Shown here in pieces: positions 18,054 through 27,795 of a stretch of DNA of 61,382 nt. The stretch covers positions 1 through 61,382 of the forward strand of contig JAZKBV010000002.1 in NCBI GenBank assembly GCA_040388415.1, given 5' to 3'. The DNA comes from Patescibacteria group bacterium (lineage in GTDB: Bacteria > Patescibacteriota > Minisyncoccia > Phycocordibacterales > PALSA-1337). The notes under the pieces are model-generated. The model had not been told where the DNA came from, made no database searches, and saw only the letters and a program-made list of their open reading frames with translations. Position 1 is the stretch's first letter; every line of letters begins with the position of its first letter. Made by a program: the position numbers and the translations under genes.

Positions 18054-19538
18054 TTATTTTCTCATGAACAACGGCGTGACTGGAACTTTATTCTCTTTAA
18101 TACATTCTTGGATCTTTCCAGCTGTCTCAGGGAGAATCGCTTCGAGGTGCAACGCGACTTCAGCCAACCCTTTGACCAATTCCCCAATAAGTTTAAGTGC
18201 CTGAGCCTTCGTCTCTTCAACTTTCAACTTCTTGAATGGCTCTTCTTTTTGAATAATCACATCGAGCGCAGTGATCTTTGCCCATACGATATCCGATGCG
18301 GCTTTTATATCATAGCGATCAAGTGCGGAGATAAATTCTTTGTCGAGAATTGGACTCGTACTTACCTGTTGTATATTCGCCTCAGCCATCTTCATGATAC
18401 GGCTCGTGAGATTACCGATACCATTAGCCAGATTTGCATTGTATGCTTCTTTGAACTTTTCCAACGTAAAAGGACTATCTTCGAAAGGACTGATCTCACG
18501 AGCGACATAGTAGCGGAGAGCATCAGTGCCATATTCTTTGACTACATCGAGAGGATTGATCACGTTGCCAAGTGACTTGGACATTTTTATACCTCCCTCG
18601 CCTGTCACAAAACCATTGACCACAATCGTCTTTGAAGGAGTAAGTCCTGCAGCCATGAGCATGGCTTGCCACATAGCACTTTGCTGGCGAAGGTTATCTT
18701 TGCCACAGTATTGAACGACGCCACCTGTCTCAGTCCACCATTTTTTGAATGCACCTTTCTCAGGCTTACCTGCAACCTCATCATCAGGCCAACCGATAGC
18801 GGAGATATAGTCGACGAGCGCATCGAACCAGACATACATGACTTGCGTCGCATCCCCTGGAACCGGAACGCCCCACGGCATCTTTGTAGCAAGGCGTGAA
18901 ATACTGAAATCTTGAAGGCCACGTTCAACAAAAGCCTGAATCTCATGCAGACGTGTGCTTGGTATAACAAAATCAGGTCGATCAGTATAGAGCGCGAGTA
19001 GCTTCTCTTGAAAAGCGCTGAATTTAAAGAAATAATTCTCTTCTTTAATGATTTCCAGTTCTTGAAGCGGATGAAGCGTACAACGTCCATTCACCAACTC
19101 AGAATCAGTCTTTTCTAATTCACAGCCAACACAGTATTTGATCGAATAGTTTTTCTTATAGATATACGGACCATCTTTTGCTTTTTCGCCATTCTTTTGA
19201 ACAATTTCCCAGAAAACTTGTGCGGACTTTATATGATGCGGATCAGTGGTACGGATAAAATTAATATCTGAAGACATGCCGAGCACAGGCAAGATCTCTT
19301 TGAATTTTGCTGCTGCCTGATCGACATATGCTTGAGGTGCGAGGTTAAGCTGTTGGGCTTTTTGATAGACTTTTATGCCATGTTCATCTGTTCCCGTATT
19401 GAAAAAGACATCAAAACCTGAAAGTTTCTTTGAGCGCGCAATGATATCTGCACGGACGAACTCCATAGCATGGCCTATATGAGGCTCAGCATTCACGTAC
19501 GGCAATGTTGTCGTAATATAAAAAGGTTTGTGTGACAT
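18054..19538 (-). CDS. metG: methionyl-tRNA synthetase (short form)
   Basis: 494 aa with YVNAEPHIGHA (HIGH), Cys knuckles CVGCE...GRCTLH, and KMSKSLGN. Confidence 0.95.
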   Translation of the reverse strand: MSHKPFYITTTLPYVNAEPHIGHAMEFVRADIIARSKKLSGFDVFFNTGTDEHGIKVYQKAQQLNLAPQAYVDQAAAKFKEILPVLGMSSDINFIRTTDPHHIKSAQVFWEIVQKNGEKAKDGPYIYKKNYSIKYCVGCELEKTDSELVNGRCTLHPLQELEIIKEENYFFKFSAFQEKLLALYTDRPDFVIPSTRLHEIQAFVERGLQDFSISRLATKMPWGVPVPGDATQVMYVWFDALVDYISAIGWPDDEVAGKPEKGAFKKWWTETGGVVQYCGKDNLRQQSAMWQAMLMAAGLTPSKTIVVNGFVTGEGGIKMSKSLGNVINPLDVVKEYGTDALRYYVAREISPFEDSPFTLEKFKEAYNANLANGIGNLTSRIMKMAEANIQQVSTSPILDKEFISALDRYDIKAASDIVWAKITALDVIIQKEEPFKKLKVEETKAQALKLIGELVKGLAEVALHLEAILPETAGKIQECIKENKVPVTPLFMRK

Positions 19539-19545
19539 GTATTCT

Positions 19546-20625
19546 CTATTGTAATTTATTCACCATCGATTCATGTTCGCCCTTCTTGCGCTTTTCAACA
19601 TCATAGACATACTCCATGAGCGCAGCGGAGAGCGGAACGGCGATGATGGCGCCAAGGACGCCGGCGAGTTTTGCACCGATAACCAATGCAAGAATAACGA
19701 TGATTGGCGATATGCCGACAATCTTTTTGACTACCAATGGATAGAACAACTGGCTTTCGAACTGGTAAATGATGAGATACAGACCGATAAGGAGAACTGC
19801 CGTGCCAGTGCCGAGCTCACTATAGGTGACGAGGATAGCGGGCACCGATGAGATGATCGGACCAAAGACTGGTATGAGCTCAAACGAACCTGCGAGGACT
19901 GCCAATACGAGTGCATGAGGAACGCCCACGACCATAAGGACGAGATACACGAGCGTGCCGATAAGGACGCCCAGCAAAACTTGACCCTGCAACCATGAGC
20001 CGATCTTACGACGCGCTCTTCCCCAGAGATTGATCACATATTCATGCCTGTGCGCAGGCGTCACAATGCGGAGGAAATTCTCAACTCCATCTTCTTGTAC
20101 CACAAGATAGAACGAAAGAACGATGATGAGGAAGAATGAAAGTACACCACCAAAGAGAAAACTTGCCGTCTTGAATGCACCTGCAGTTGTACCGGTGATA
20201 GCTGACTGCAAACTGCCCACAAGATCTGCCAATGAGACCGTTGTAACTGACGAGCTCGTTGGACCAACATTGATACCAAAATCACGGATTGGGCTCCAGA
20301 TATCATCAAGAGATATCTGTTTTGGCACGCTCGCCAAAAATGAGATCGAGTCATTGACCAATAGAGGTACAAAGAAGATGAATACGCCCGCGAGCATACC
20401 CGCAAGTACAAGATAGATGAGAACGGCAGCAACCACGCGATGTATATGGTACCTGCCCAAACGTCGCACAACAGGTTCGAGCGCTGAGGCGATGACTACC
20501 GCTGATACAACCACCAAGAGCACATCGCGGAGATAGTATAGAGCAGCGATAATGATGATCACCAAGAAAAATCGGACTATCGTACCTGTACTGATAGAGA
20601 ATCTGTTCCCAGAGTTATTTGGCAT
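19546..20625 (-). CDS. AI-2E family transporter (PerM-like permease)
   Basis: Multi-TM protein typical of the family. Start moved to ATG 20625 (MPNNSG...) because the upstream GTG 'start' of the track ORF lies inside a TGGTATAGT -10 box. Confidence 0.8.
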   Translation of the reverse strand: MPNNSGNRFSISTGTIVRFFLVIIIIAALYYLRDVLLVVVSAVVIASALEPVVRRLGRYHIHRVVAAVLIYLVLAGMLAGVFIFFVPLLVNDSISFLASVPKQISLDDIWSPIRDFGINVGPTSSSVTTVSLADLVGSLQSAITGTTAGAFKTASFLFGGVLSFFLIIVLSFYLVVQEDGVENFLRIVTPAHRHEYVINLWGRARRKIGSWLQGQVLLGVLIGTLVYLVLMVVGVPHALVLAVLAGSFELIPVFGPIISSVPAILVTYSELGTGTAVLLIGLYLIIYQFESQLFYPLVVKKIVGISPIIVILALVIGAKLAGVLGAIIAVPLSAALMEYVYDVEKRKKGEHESMVNKLQ

Positions 20626-20631
20626 AACGCT

Positions 20632-20640
20632 ACTATACCA
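20632..20640 (-). promoter_or_regulatory. extended -10 TGGTATAGT, 6 nt before the ATG (leaderless candidate)
   Basis: Read directly: TGGTATAGT-agcgtt-ATG. Confidence 0.5.
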
Positions 20641-20643
20641 CAC

Positions 20644-21915
20644 TTACAAAAACTTGAAATAATCAGCGAATACCAGACTATCCTTGAACTTGCCCACAAT
20701 AGCCATGTTGAGATGCTTGTCTACGAATATCTCTTGGGCAAGCGCTCGAACTTCCTCTGCGGTGACTGCCTGTATCTTTGCCATCATCTCTTCAGGCGAC
20801 TCTATCTTCCCTTTCAAAATCTCCTGATAGGCACAGAACTCACCGCGCGCATCAGATGTCTCCAAGCCGAGAAGCGTATTGCCTGCGATAAAATCTTTTA
20901 CTTTTTTAAGTTCAGCTGGCGACACAAGCTCATTCTTGAGACGCACGCATTCTTCGAGAATCCCGACGATAGCTTCTTTAACGCGACTATTGTCGACCCC
21001 TGCACTGATCTCAAAGAGACCATGGTCAGTATATGCATCTTGGTCTGCATGCACGTAATAACAGATACCGAGTTGATCACGCATCTTTGCGAATAAACGC
21101 GAGCTCATACCTTTACCTAAAACAGTCGCAAGGACATTGATGATCGGCGAGCGTGGATCAGTGATAGCAAATGAGCGAACACCAATGATGAGATGCGTCT
21201 GATCAGTTTCTTTAAAGAACGTTTTTATCGCTGGTGCTGACTGAGATTCGGTTACAGCGAGCTTGGCCGATTTTTTTGTCGTCGGAATTGAAGCAAAAGA
21301 TGCACTGATCTGGTCGATAATTTTTGATTCATCAAACGCGCCTGCGACGATAACAACGGTAGACTCAGCCACATACTGACTAGTCTTATATGCAACGAGC
21401 TGTTCACGGCTGAATGACCGTACATTACTTTCAGTCCCGATCACCTTCCATCCTGCAGGCTGGTCACCATAGACCAGATCCATGAATAAATAGTCCACGA
21501 TCCTTTGAGGCAGATCATTGTACATACGGATTTCTTCGACGATGACGCCTTTTTCTTTTTCCATCTCTTCAACCTTAAACAAGGGATTCAAATAAATATC
21601 TGACAGAAGATCGAGTGAGATATCTAACTGATGCGGAGCAGTCTTTGCATAGTAGCCAGTATATTCGTTAGATGTAAAAGCATTGTACTGCGCGCCGATG
21701 CTATCGAGCTCACGCGAAACATCTGTGGCCTCTGGGCGACGTGGCGTACCCTTGAAAAGCATGTGCTCGAGGAAATGAGAGAGGCCGTTGGTCTCTTTAG
21801 TTTCATATTTTGAACCAGTTTCAGCCATGACGAGGACAGTCACCGATGGATGATCAGTGATTGGTACGGTTATGACGCGCAGGCCATTGCTGAGAGTAGT
21901 TTTATTGAATTTCAT
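20644..21915 (-). CDS. M16-family zinc peptidase (insulinase/pitrilysin-like)
   Basis: 423 aa with GLSHFLEHMLFKGT (HxxEH inverted zinc motif). Confidence 0.9.
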   Translation of the reverse strand: MKFNKTTLSNGLRVITVPITDHPSVTVLVMAETGSKYETKETNGLSHFLEHMLFKGTPRRPEATDVSRELDSIGAQYNAFTSNEYTGYYAKTAPHQLDISLDLLSDIYLNPLFKVEEMEKEKGVIVEEIRMYNDLPQRIVDYLFMDLVYGDQPAGWKVIGTESNVRSFSREQLVAYKTSQYVAESTVVIVAGAFDESKIIDQISASFASIPTTKKSAKLAVTESQSAPAIKTFFKETDQTHLIIGVRSFAITDPRSPIINVLATVLGKGMSSRLFAKMRDQLGICYYVHADQDAYTDHGLFEISAGVDNSRVKEAIVGILEECVRLKNELVSPAELKKVKDFIAGNTLLGLETSDARGEFCAYQEILKGKIESPEEMMAKIQAVTAEEVRALAQEIFVDKHLNMAIVGKFKDSLVFADYFKFL

Positions 21916-21921
21916 ATATTA

Positions 21922-21930
21922 AATCTAACA
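21922..21930 (-). promoter_or_regulatory. extended -10 TGTTAGATT, 6 nt before the ATG
   Basis: TGTTAGATT-taatat-ATG on the minus strand. Confidence 0.4.
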
Positions 21931-21951
21931 GAAAATCAACAGTACTCCTAA

Positions 21952-22497
21952 TTATGCAACCTGTAGTTTAGATTCGAGTTTACTCAGACGTCGCCCATGC
22001 TTATTAATCACTGTTTCTTCAAGACCATCGAACCTATTTTCTAATCTATCAAATCGTCCTTCCAAAGTATCAAAACGGATATCCATTTGATTGAATCTCT
22101 CATCAACTTGTTCGAATCGTTCATCAATTTTTACAAACCTCGAATCCATTTCATTGAAACCAACTGCGGTCATTCGTGCTAATTCATCGAATGAATTCTC
22201 GAGATCAGCTTTGGTAGGCAGATCTTTCACAATACTTTTAACTTCATTGAGCTCATCTTTGGTGGCAAGCTTACTAACGGCATTATCGATATATTCGTAC
22301 GTTGGAAGTTTGCTGATTGATTCAGCTATTGTTTTAATGTTCATAGATAAAGCACCTACATTCGTAGACAAAGAGTCAACACTCGCTGATACAGATTCTA
22401 CACTCGCGGATACCGACTCTACACTCGCTGATACAGACTCTACACTTGCGGATACAGATTCTAAAGTAACCGGTTCAGATATTTTTGTTTGTGACAT
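21952..22497 (-). CDS. repeat-containing coiled-coil protein (hypothetical)
   Basis: 181 aa. N-terminal (ESVSASV)x4 + DSLSTNV heptads, and a C-terminal xRFxxxD/E heptad array (DERFEQVDERFNQMDIRFDTLEGRFDRLENRFDGLEE). Confidence 0.7.
   Translation of the reverse strand: MSQTKISEPVTLESVSASVESVSASVESVSASVESVSASVDSLSTNVGALSMNIKTIAESISKLPTYEYIDNAVSKLATKDELNEVKSIVKDLPTKADLENSFDELARMTAVGFNEMDSRFVKIDERFEQVDERFNQMDIRFDTLEGRFDRLENRFDGLEETVINKHGRRLSKLESKLQVA
22357..22461 (-). repeat. 21-bp in-frame tandem repeat (about 5 units) encoding ESVSASV heptads
   Basis: gattctacactcgcggatacc / gactctacactcgctgataca ... units differ mainly at synonymous positions. Confidence 0.85.
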
Positions 22498-22613
22498 TAT
22501 TAAATAAAGTTAAAATAAATAAAAACCAATACGTTAGGCAGAGGCGTCTTAGTTGAATATATTTTATTCTTCTTGAAATCTTTGACAAGCTCACAACAAT
22601 ATAAAAATGTTTT

Positions 22614-23306
22614 CTAATCCCTTGTAAACAGTATTTCCCCACCTTCTTCGAGTTTTATGAATTCTATACCGTTTATCCCCAGGATTTTCTCAGGTAAAAG
22701 GTGCGCAGATCCAAATCGAATAGCATCGTGCACTGGAAAGGCTTTCTTTGGCTTTACTAGCAACGCATAATCAATTGCCTCAGATATCTTCATCCATGGA
22801 CCAGAGACGGGCAGAGCGAGAACATCGACCTCATTAAGTGGATCTGTGAAGGCGTCGCCAGGAAAAAAGAAGCGCGCAGTAGCATTTTTTGAAGAGCTGC
22901 CCTGCGCTTGTTCGGTGATTAAAAAACCAACATTCGAGACGGCAGGAAGGCTCTTATGCATCAACGCATGCTCCTTACCATAAGCTTCAATATGCACGCC
23001 TTTTACATCAACTGAATTGCCATGCTCCATGATGCGATGCTCAATCCCCTCTTTTGCTAGAATAGCACCTACGGCATCATTAGTGATAACAGTTATTTCG
23101 GGATGAATTTTAATTAATTCTTTGAGCGACTCGACATGAAAATGATCGGCGTGCTCATGGGTGATGAGTACAATATCAATTTTGTTTACCTTTGAATGTT
23201 TTTCAAGGCTATAAAAGCCCGGGTCGAGGAGAATGCGTCGCGAGTGTCCGTCATTTGATTTGAGATCAATGACGAGGCAGCAGTGAGCGAGTTTGTGGAT
23301 TTTCAT
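22614..23306 (-). CDS. MBL-fold metallo-hydrolase
   Basis: HEHADH motif. Start set at ATG 23306 (MKIHKLAHCC...). The upstream GTG runs through a TGGTATAGT box. Confidence 0.85.
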   Translation of the reverse strand: MKIHKLAHCCLVIDLKSNDGHSRRILLDPGFYSLEKHSKVNKIDIVLITHEHADHFHVESLKELIKIHPEITVITNDAVGAILAKEGIEHRIMEHGNSVDVKGVHIEAYGKEHALMHKSLPAVSNVGFLITEQAQGSSSKNATARFFFPGDAFTDPLNEVDVLALPVSGPWMKISEAIDYALLVKPKKAFPVHDAIRFGSAHLLPEKILGINGIEFIKLEEGGEILFTRD

Positions 23307-23312
23307 GAAATT

Positions 23313-23321
23313 ACTATACCA
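23313..23321 (-). promoter_or_regulatory. extended -10 TGGTATAGT, 6 nt before the ATG
   Basis: TGGTATAGT-aatttc-ATG. Confidence 0.5.
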
Positions 23322-23384
23322 CACGAAATAATATTCTTTCTATTTTATATAAAAAGAGGTAAGCTCGATTAAGAAAGGAAACGT

Positions 23385-23801
23385 ATGTCAAAACATCAAC
23401 CTTCGGGTCAGTACTACACTGACTTAAAGAAAAAACTACTGGATTCAGCCATGGAGCCGGATAAAGTGGATGCGCTTATGGAACTAATCGAGCTGCGTGA
23501 CAAAATGGAGGAACAGGGCTTTTTGCCACCATACTATCCACGAGGCACGATTCGTTTTTTTGGATTCAAACGTCCTGAAGAAAAAGGTGAACCGATGTCC
23601 GGTTTGTATTTTCAACCGCCACTGAGTCACGAAGATCGCTTGGAAGTTCTCGAACATTTCAAAGATATTCCCGATCAAATTCCCTGGAGAAGTCTTGGCA
23701 CTCGAGCAGAGATTCTCAGTGCGTATCACGCAAAAGGCTTAACTCCTCCCAAAGAAATTCTCAAGGGTGGTTGTGGAGACGCCTCCTGTCACTCTTGCTG
23801 A
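23385..23801 (+). CDS. hypothetical protein (C-terminal GGCGDASCHSC Cys cluster)
   Basis: 138-aa ORF with a partial SD (AAAGGAAA) 4-5 nt upstream and a terminator downstream. No family recognised. Confidence 0.6.
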   Translation: MSKHQPSGQYYTDLKKKLLDSAMEPDKVDALMELIELRDKMEEQGFLPPYYPRGTIRFFGFKRPEEKGEPMSGLYFQPPLSHEDRLEVLEHFKDIPDQIPWRSLGTRAEILSAYHAKGLTPPKEILKGGCGDASCHSC

Positions 23802-23823
23802 TCTCCTTAAACGGAACAAACAC

Positions 23824-23850
23824 AGTCGCTCTTACGAGCGACTTTTTTAT
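23824..23850 (+). terminator. intrinsic terminator
   Basis: AGTCGCTC-ttac-GAGCGACT followed by TTTTTT. Confidence 0.8.
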
Positions 23851-23877
23851 TACATGTAAACTATTGAACTGTATTTC

Positions 23878-24309
23878 CTACCGTATCCCTGTATCACAAC
23901 TGATAGTTGTACTGGCATACCCGGTTGGACCAACCGTGACCGTTGGATGATCACATCTTGGCAAATTACTCTCACCTGCTCCCAGCGTGTAATTTCCAGG
24001 AGGAAGTTTGAACGAGAACTGCCCGTGCGAATCACTCTGCATCATGGCATACGCATGCACCGGATCGCTCGAACGGAAAACGACTACGAGCGTCGCGTAC
24101 GGCTTATCTGCACATGCTGAGTCTGGAGGATTGCGCATAACAGGACATGTAGGACCGAGCATGACTGTGCCATGGACACCAGAATCATACGGAAGAATCG
24201 AAGGTGCTACTGCTTGCCGTGTAGATACAACAAGTGTAAGTCCGTATATAACAGTAGCTATGATGCCGATCGCAATCAATATAAAAAGTATTTTAATGAC
24301 AGGTTTCAC
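23878..24309 (-). CDS. membrane-anchored protein with carboxypeptidase-regulatory-like (prealbumin-fold) domain
   Basis: 143 aa with an N-terminal TM. SDSHGQFSFKLPPGNYTL is typical of CarboxypepD_reg-like domains. Confidence 0.65.
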   Translation of the reverse strand: MKPVIKILFILIAIGIIATVIYGLTLVVSTRQAVAPSILPYDSGVHGTVMLGPTCPVMRNPPDSACADKPYATLVVVFRSSDPVHAYAMMQSDSHGQFSFKLPPGNYTLGAGESNLPRCDHPTVTVGPTGYASTTISCDTGIR

Positions 24310-24350
24310 CTCTCAAGTATACGCCTGTCAAAATAACTGCGCCACCAGAT

Positions 24351-25778
24351 TTATCTATTGAGATATGAGGCCAACTCCTCAATCATCACCCTTTCCTGTT
24401 TGCCTGAATCACGATCACGGACGGTTACCCCAATGCCCTTTTCAATCGTATCAAAGTCGACGGTGACGCAGTATGGTGTACCAATCTCATCCTGACGGCG
24501 ATAGCGCTTGCCAATATTTCCATTATCATCAAAAGTAACTGCGCCGAGACCGCGCGAAGCAAATTCTTTCTTGAGCATCTTGTATACCTCATCTGCCTTC
24601 TCGACAAGAATCGGCTTGTTCTTGAGCAACGGAAAAACAGCTACACGATATGGCGCAACATTTGGCGATAACTTTAGGAATACACGTTTTTCTGAAGCGC
24701 TTCCCACTCCTTTCTCCTTGCTTCCTTCTTCTGTTCCCATCTCATCTTCACAATACGCATCAGCGAGCACTGCTAGCACTGTTCTATCCAAACCAAATGA
24801 AGGCTCAATACAATGAGGAATAAATCGTTCCTTAGTTTCTTCATCAAAATATGACAAATCTACCTTACTGAATTCTGAATGTTGTTTGAGGTCATAGTCA
24901 GTACGATATGCGAGACCATACAATTCTTTTTGACCGAAAGGAAAATCAAATTCGAAGTCAATCGTACGCTTTGAATAGAATGCACGGTCGGCTTCAGCAA
25001 TCTCAAGCTCATGAACCTTGCTCTCAGTCAGACCGATGTCTTTGGTGAATGCATGTACTTCCCCACGAAAATGCTCGAAGGTCTTTTCCCAGTCTTTTGG
25101 ATTGACGAAATACTCGATCTCCATTTGTTCGAACTCGCGTGCACGGAACAGAAAATCGCGCGGTGCAATCTCATTTCTAAAAGCCTTGCCGATCTGAGCC
25201 ATACCGAATGAAAGCTTTGGATGGAAGGTATCGAGTATATTCTTGAAGTTAACAAACATGCCTTGGGCAGTCTCTGGACGAAGATATGATATCGAGGCTG
25301 AATCTTCATTTGCACCAATATTCGTCTTGAACATCATGTTGAACTGGCGCACTGGGCCAAGAGCATTGCCGTCAGGGCTCTTGAGACCTTTTTCTTTTAT
25401 CTTGGCATCCATGTCGACGAGAGTCATGCCTTTTACCTCAACACCTGCATCTTCAAGGAGATGATCAGCACGAAAACGTCTCTTGGTCTTTACGTCTTCA
25501 ACGAGAGGGTCAGCAAAACCAGCCACGTGGCCAGACGCTTCCCATGTGCGCGGATTCATGAGGAGAGCCGCATCGACGCCATACATATCATCACGATCCT
25601 CAACGAAGCGCTTCCACCAGATCTTTTTGATGTTGTTCTTGAGAGCTACGCCGAGTGGCCCATAATCCCAGGTACCAGCGAGACCACCATAGATCTCTGA
25701 GCCTTGAAAGATAAAGCCGCGCCTCTTACAGAGAGAGATGAGCGACTCCATCGTATTGTTTTCCGTTTCTTTTATCAT
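24351..25778 (-). CDS. glyQS: glycyl-tRNA synthetase (class II, alpha2 type)
   Basis: 475 aa with RGFIFQGSEIYGG, RPETAQG, FRNEISPR-like FRNEIAPRDFLFRAREFEQME, and a C-terminal anticodon-binding domain. Confidence 0.95.
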   Translation of the reverse strand: MIKETENNTMESLISLCKRRGFIFQGSEIYGGLAGTWDYGPLGVALKNNIKKIWWKRFVEDRDDMYGVDAALLMNPRTWEASGHVAGFADPLVEDVKTKRRFRADHLLEDAGVEVKGMTLVDMDAKIKEKGLKSPDGNALGPVRQFNMMFKTNIGANEDSASISYLRPETAQGMFVNFKNILDTFHPKLSFGMAQIGKAFRNEIAPRDFLFRAREFEQMEIEYFVNPKDWEKTFEHFRGEVHAFTKDIGLTESKVHELEIAEADRAFYSKRTIDFEFDFPFGQKELYGLAYRTDYDLKQHSEFSKVDLSYFDEETKERFIPHCIEPSFGLDRTVLAVLADAYCEDEMGTEEGSKEKGVGSASEKRVFLKLSPNVAPYRVAVFPLLKNKPILVEKADEVYKMLKKEFASRGLGAVTFDDNGNIGKRYRRQDEIGTPYCVTVDFDTIEKGIGVTVRDRDSGKQERVMIEELASYLNR

Positions 25779-25784
25779 CTGGGC

Positions 25785-25790
25785 ATTCTA
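25785..25790 (-). promoter_or_regulatory. -10 TAGAAT, 6 nt before the glyQS ATG
   Basis: TAGAAT-gcccag-ATG. Confidence 0.4.
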
Positions 25791-25810
25791 TCTCATATAC
25801 GCTCTTTTTT

Positions 25811-27754
25811 CTACTGAATGACAGTCTCATCGCCCCCCTTGAACGCCGAGTCAGTACTGAAGCTTGTCGTGAGATAGTCTTGTTGGCTTGTCAGCTGTGC
25901 CTGAGTGAAATCATCGGTAGCGGTCAATGTCGCTTGATTGATCAATGTGGGCGCAGTCGAAACTTGTGTGATGCTTGGCGTAAATCCAATCTGAAACGCG
26001 ACTTCACGGCGCTTCGCTGAATTGGCTGAGTATGCGCTGACTTGGCCAATATTCCACGTTATCGTTCCTGTATTTTGATCATAGGTGATATCTTCGCTCG
26101 TTGGAGATATATTTCCGAGCCACGTCACATACGGCGGAAGCGTCGCAGTGACTTGAGCGCCACTTACTGAGCTCGTCGTATTGCCGATGGACCACATGAC
26201 CGTGTAAGTCGTCTTTTGCTCTGCCTTTGGCGGCACTGGTCCACTGTTAGTGAATGGTCCCGTAGAACGAACCATTCTGCCTGAGAGAGCGATGCTCGAC
26301 GCGACTTTGACTATGCGGCTTGCGGCAGCAGAAAGCGAACCTGAAACACCTGATTCTTGAGTACGGTCAGCAGATACGTTTGCTGATATAGTGATACTTG
26401 GGTTGATCAATTGAGCACCGGAGCTTGCTCCCGGATTGGTTGGCGTCACAGAGAATGAGATCGAGCCTTTTTCGCCAGCTGGAATCGAAGCGAGCTCAGG
26501 GTTCGTCTGCTGATTCCATATGATCTGATTGTGAGCAGAATCGAAATAGCCGAGGTCAGGTTGAACTCTCGTCTTGTCATACGCGCCGCCGGATATGTTC
26601 GCGACAATGGTGGCATTATTGACCGCGACCGAAAGATTGTTGAACCAGGTGAGAGTGATGCGCACTGGAGCATTGAAGTGCCCGACAAAGTCATTGTTCG
26701 AAGAATCATTATCCATGCCGATATTCAAGCTGACGAATGACTTTTCGATCGTCATATTCTGAGTGACTGTGCCATATTGCGTGCCGATAACGGCAGCGTT
26801 AGAAGAACTGCGCGCGCCAGCAGTAAAATGAAATACGCGTGTCTCCGAATTCTCCCCCTGAAGCTTGCCGTGGATAACTACGGTGCGCTCGCTGCCAGGA
26901 GGTATATCCCCTATCTTCCATGTCGCGTTATCAGAAAGCGGAGGAATGTTAGCAGAAATAAAGGTATAACCAAATGGATATTGGCTCTTGAGCACGACAT
27001 TCTTGAGCACGTCTTGCGAATTTGATTTGAGCTTCACAGTCATGTCGAATTCTTGTCCAGAAGTAATGCTCGTAAATGAAGATGCGGATATTGATATCGG
27101 CGACGAGTTGATCAGGACTTGGTATGAAGCAACCTTGGTGAAGAGCGCCGTTGAGCCTTTCACTTTATATGTGAGAGTTGCCGTGATCGTCTTTTGTGTA
27201 TTCTCCTCACCAAAAATAATGGCAGAGACTTTTGTGGATGTAGCGCCACCAGTTGGTATGTCGCCCAGATATTCATCCAATGAAGTAAGTGTTTGGGTTG
27301 AATCTTTTGGATCAGTTGCGCCCGCTGGAAATGCGACATTCATATCGACGAGCTGGAGATCAGCATTGTTATTGTTCGTGACTTTGATGCCAAATGAGAC
27401 AGGCTCTCCCCCAGGGATAGAAACGGGTCCTGTGATATCAACATTGATGTTATTGCCTGAGATAAGATTCGATCCATTCAAAAAGAGATAGAGGCCGATG
27501 CCGACTGCAATCACGCAAAATATAACTGAGCCGATCAGGAACTTGGTAAAAAATGACATTGAATGATCTTCGTATTCGGTATTGAGCTTTGGCGCTTCCA
27601 CTTCTTCTTTGACTGGCTCTGCCCACTCTGACTTCACATCCGTATTCATGTCTGAAAAACGAAGTTTACGACGTGTACGCACTTCAGGCGTACCACGAGA
27701 ATAGAGCGATTTCTTCAAGTCTTCTATGCGGTTTTGATCTTCTGAAGGAGGCAT
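25811..27754 (-). CDS. large membrane-anchored extracellular protein with repeated Ig-like (CARDB/DUF11-like) domains
   Basis: 647 aa. Charged N-terminal cytoplasmic segment, single TM (FFTKFLIGSVIFCVIAVGIGLYLF), then beta-rich repeats. Confidence 0.75.
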   Translation of the reverse strand: MPPSEDQNRIEDLKKSLYSRGTPEVRTRRKLRFSDMNTDVKSEWAEPVKEEVEAPKLNTEYEDHSMSFFTKFLIGSVIFCVIAVGIGLYLFLNGSNLISGNNINVDITGPVSIPGGEPVSFGIKVTNNNNADLQLVDMNVAFPAGATDPKDSTQTLTSLDEYLGDIPTGGATSTKVSAIIFGEENTQKTITATLTYKVKGSTALFTKVASYQVLINSSPISISASSFTSITSGQEFDMTVKLKSNSQDVLKNVVLKSQYPFGYTFISANIPPLSDNATWKIGDIPPGSERTVVIHGKLQGENSETRVFHFTAGARSSSNAAVIGTQYGTVTQNMTIEKSFVSLNIGMDNDSSNNDFVGHFNAPVRITLTWFNNLSVAVNNATIVANISGGAYDKTRVQPDLGYFDSAHNQIIWNQQTNPELASIPAGEKGSISFSVTPTNPGASSGAQLINPSITISANVSADRTQESGVSGSLSAAASRIVKVASSIALSGRMVRSTGPFTNSGPVPPKAEQKTTYTVMWSIGNTTSSVSGAQVTATLPPYVTWLGNISPTSEDITYDQNTGTITWNIGQVSAYSANSAKRREVAFQIGFTPSITQVSTAPTLINQATLTATDDFTQAQLTSQQDYLTTSFSTDSAFKGGDETVIQ

Positions 27755-27773
27755 TTGTTTTATTATTTAACCT

Positions 27774-27782
27774 ATTATACCA
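27774..27782 (-). promoter_or_regulatory. extended -10 TGGTATAAT
   Basis: Perfect TGGTATAAT 19 nt upstream of ATG 27754, giving a short SD-less leader. Confidence 0.5.
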
Positions 27783-27795
27783 CCGATTGTCACCT

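Noticed and set aside
22357-22461. 21-bp tandem repeat considered as a possible CRISPR or minisatellite.
   Set aside because: The units are contiguous with no spacers, in frame, and encode a heptad repeat inside a CDS. No cas genes are in the window.
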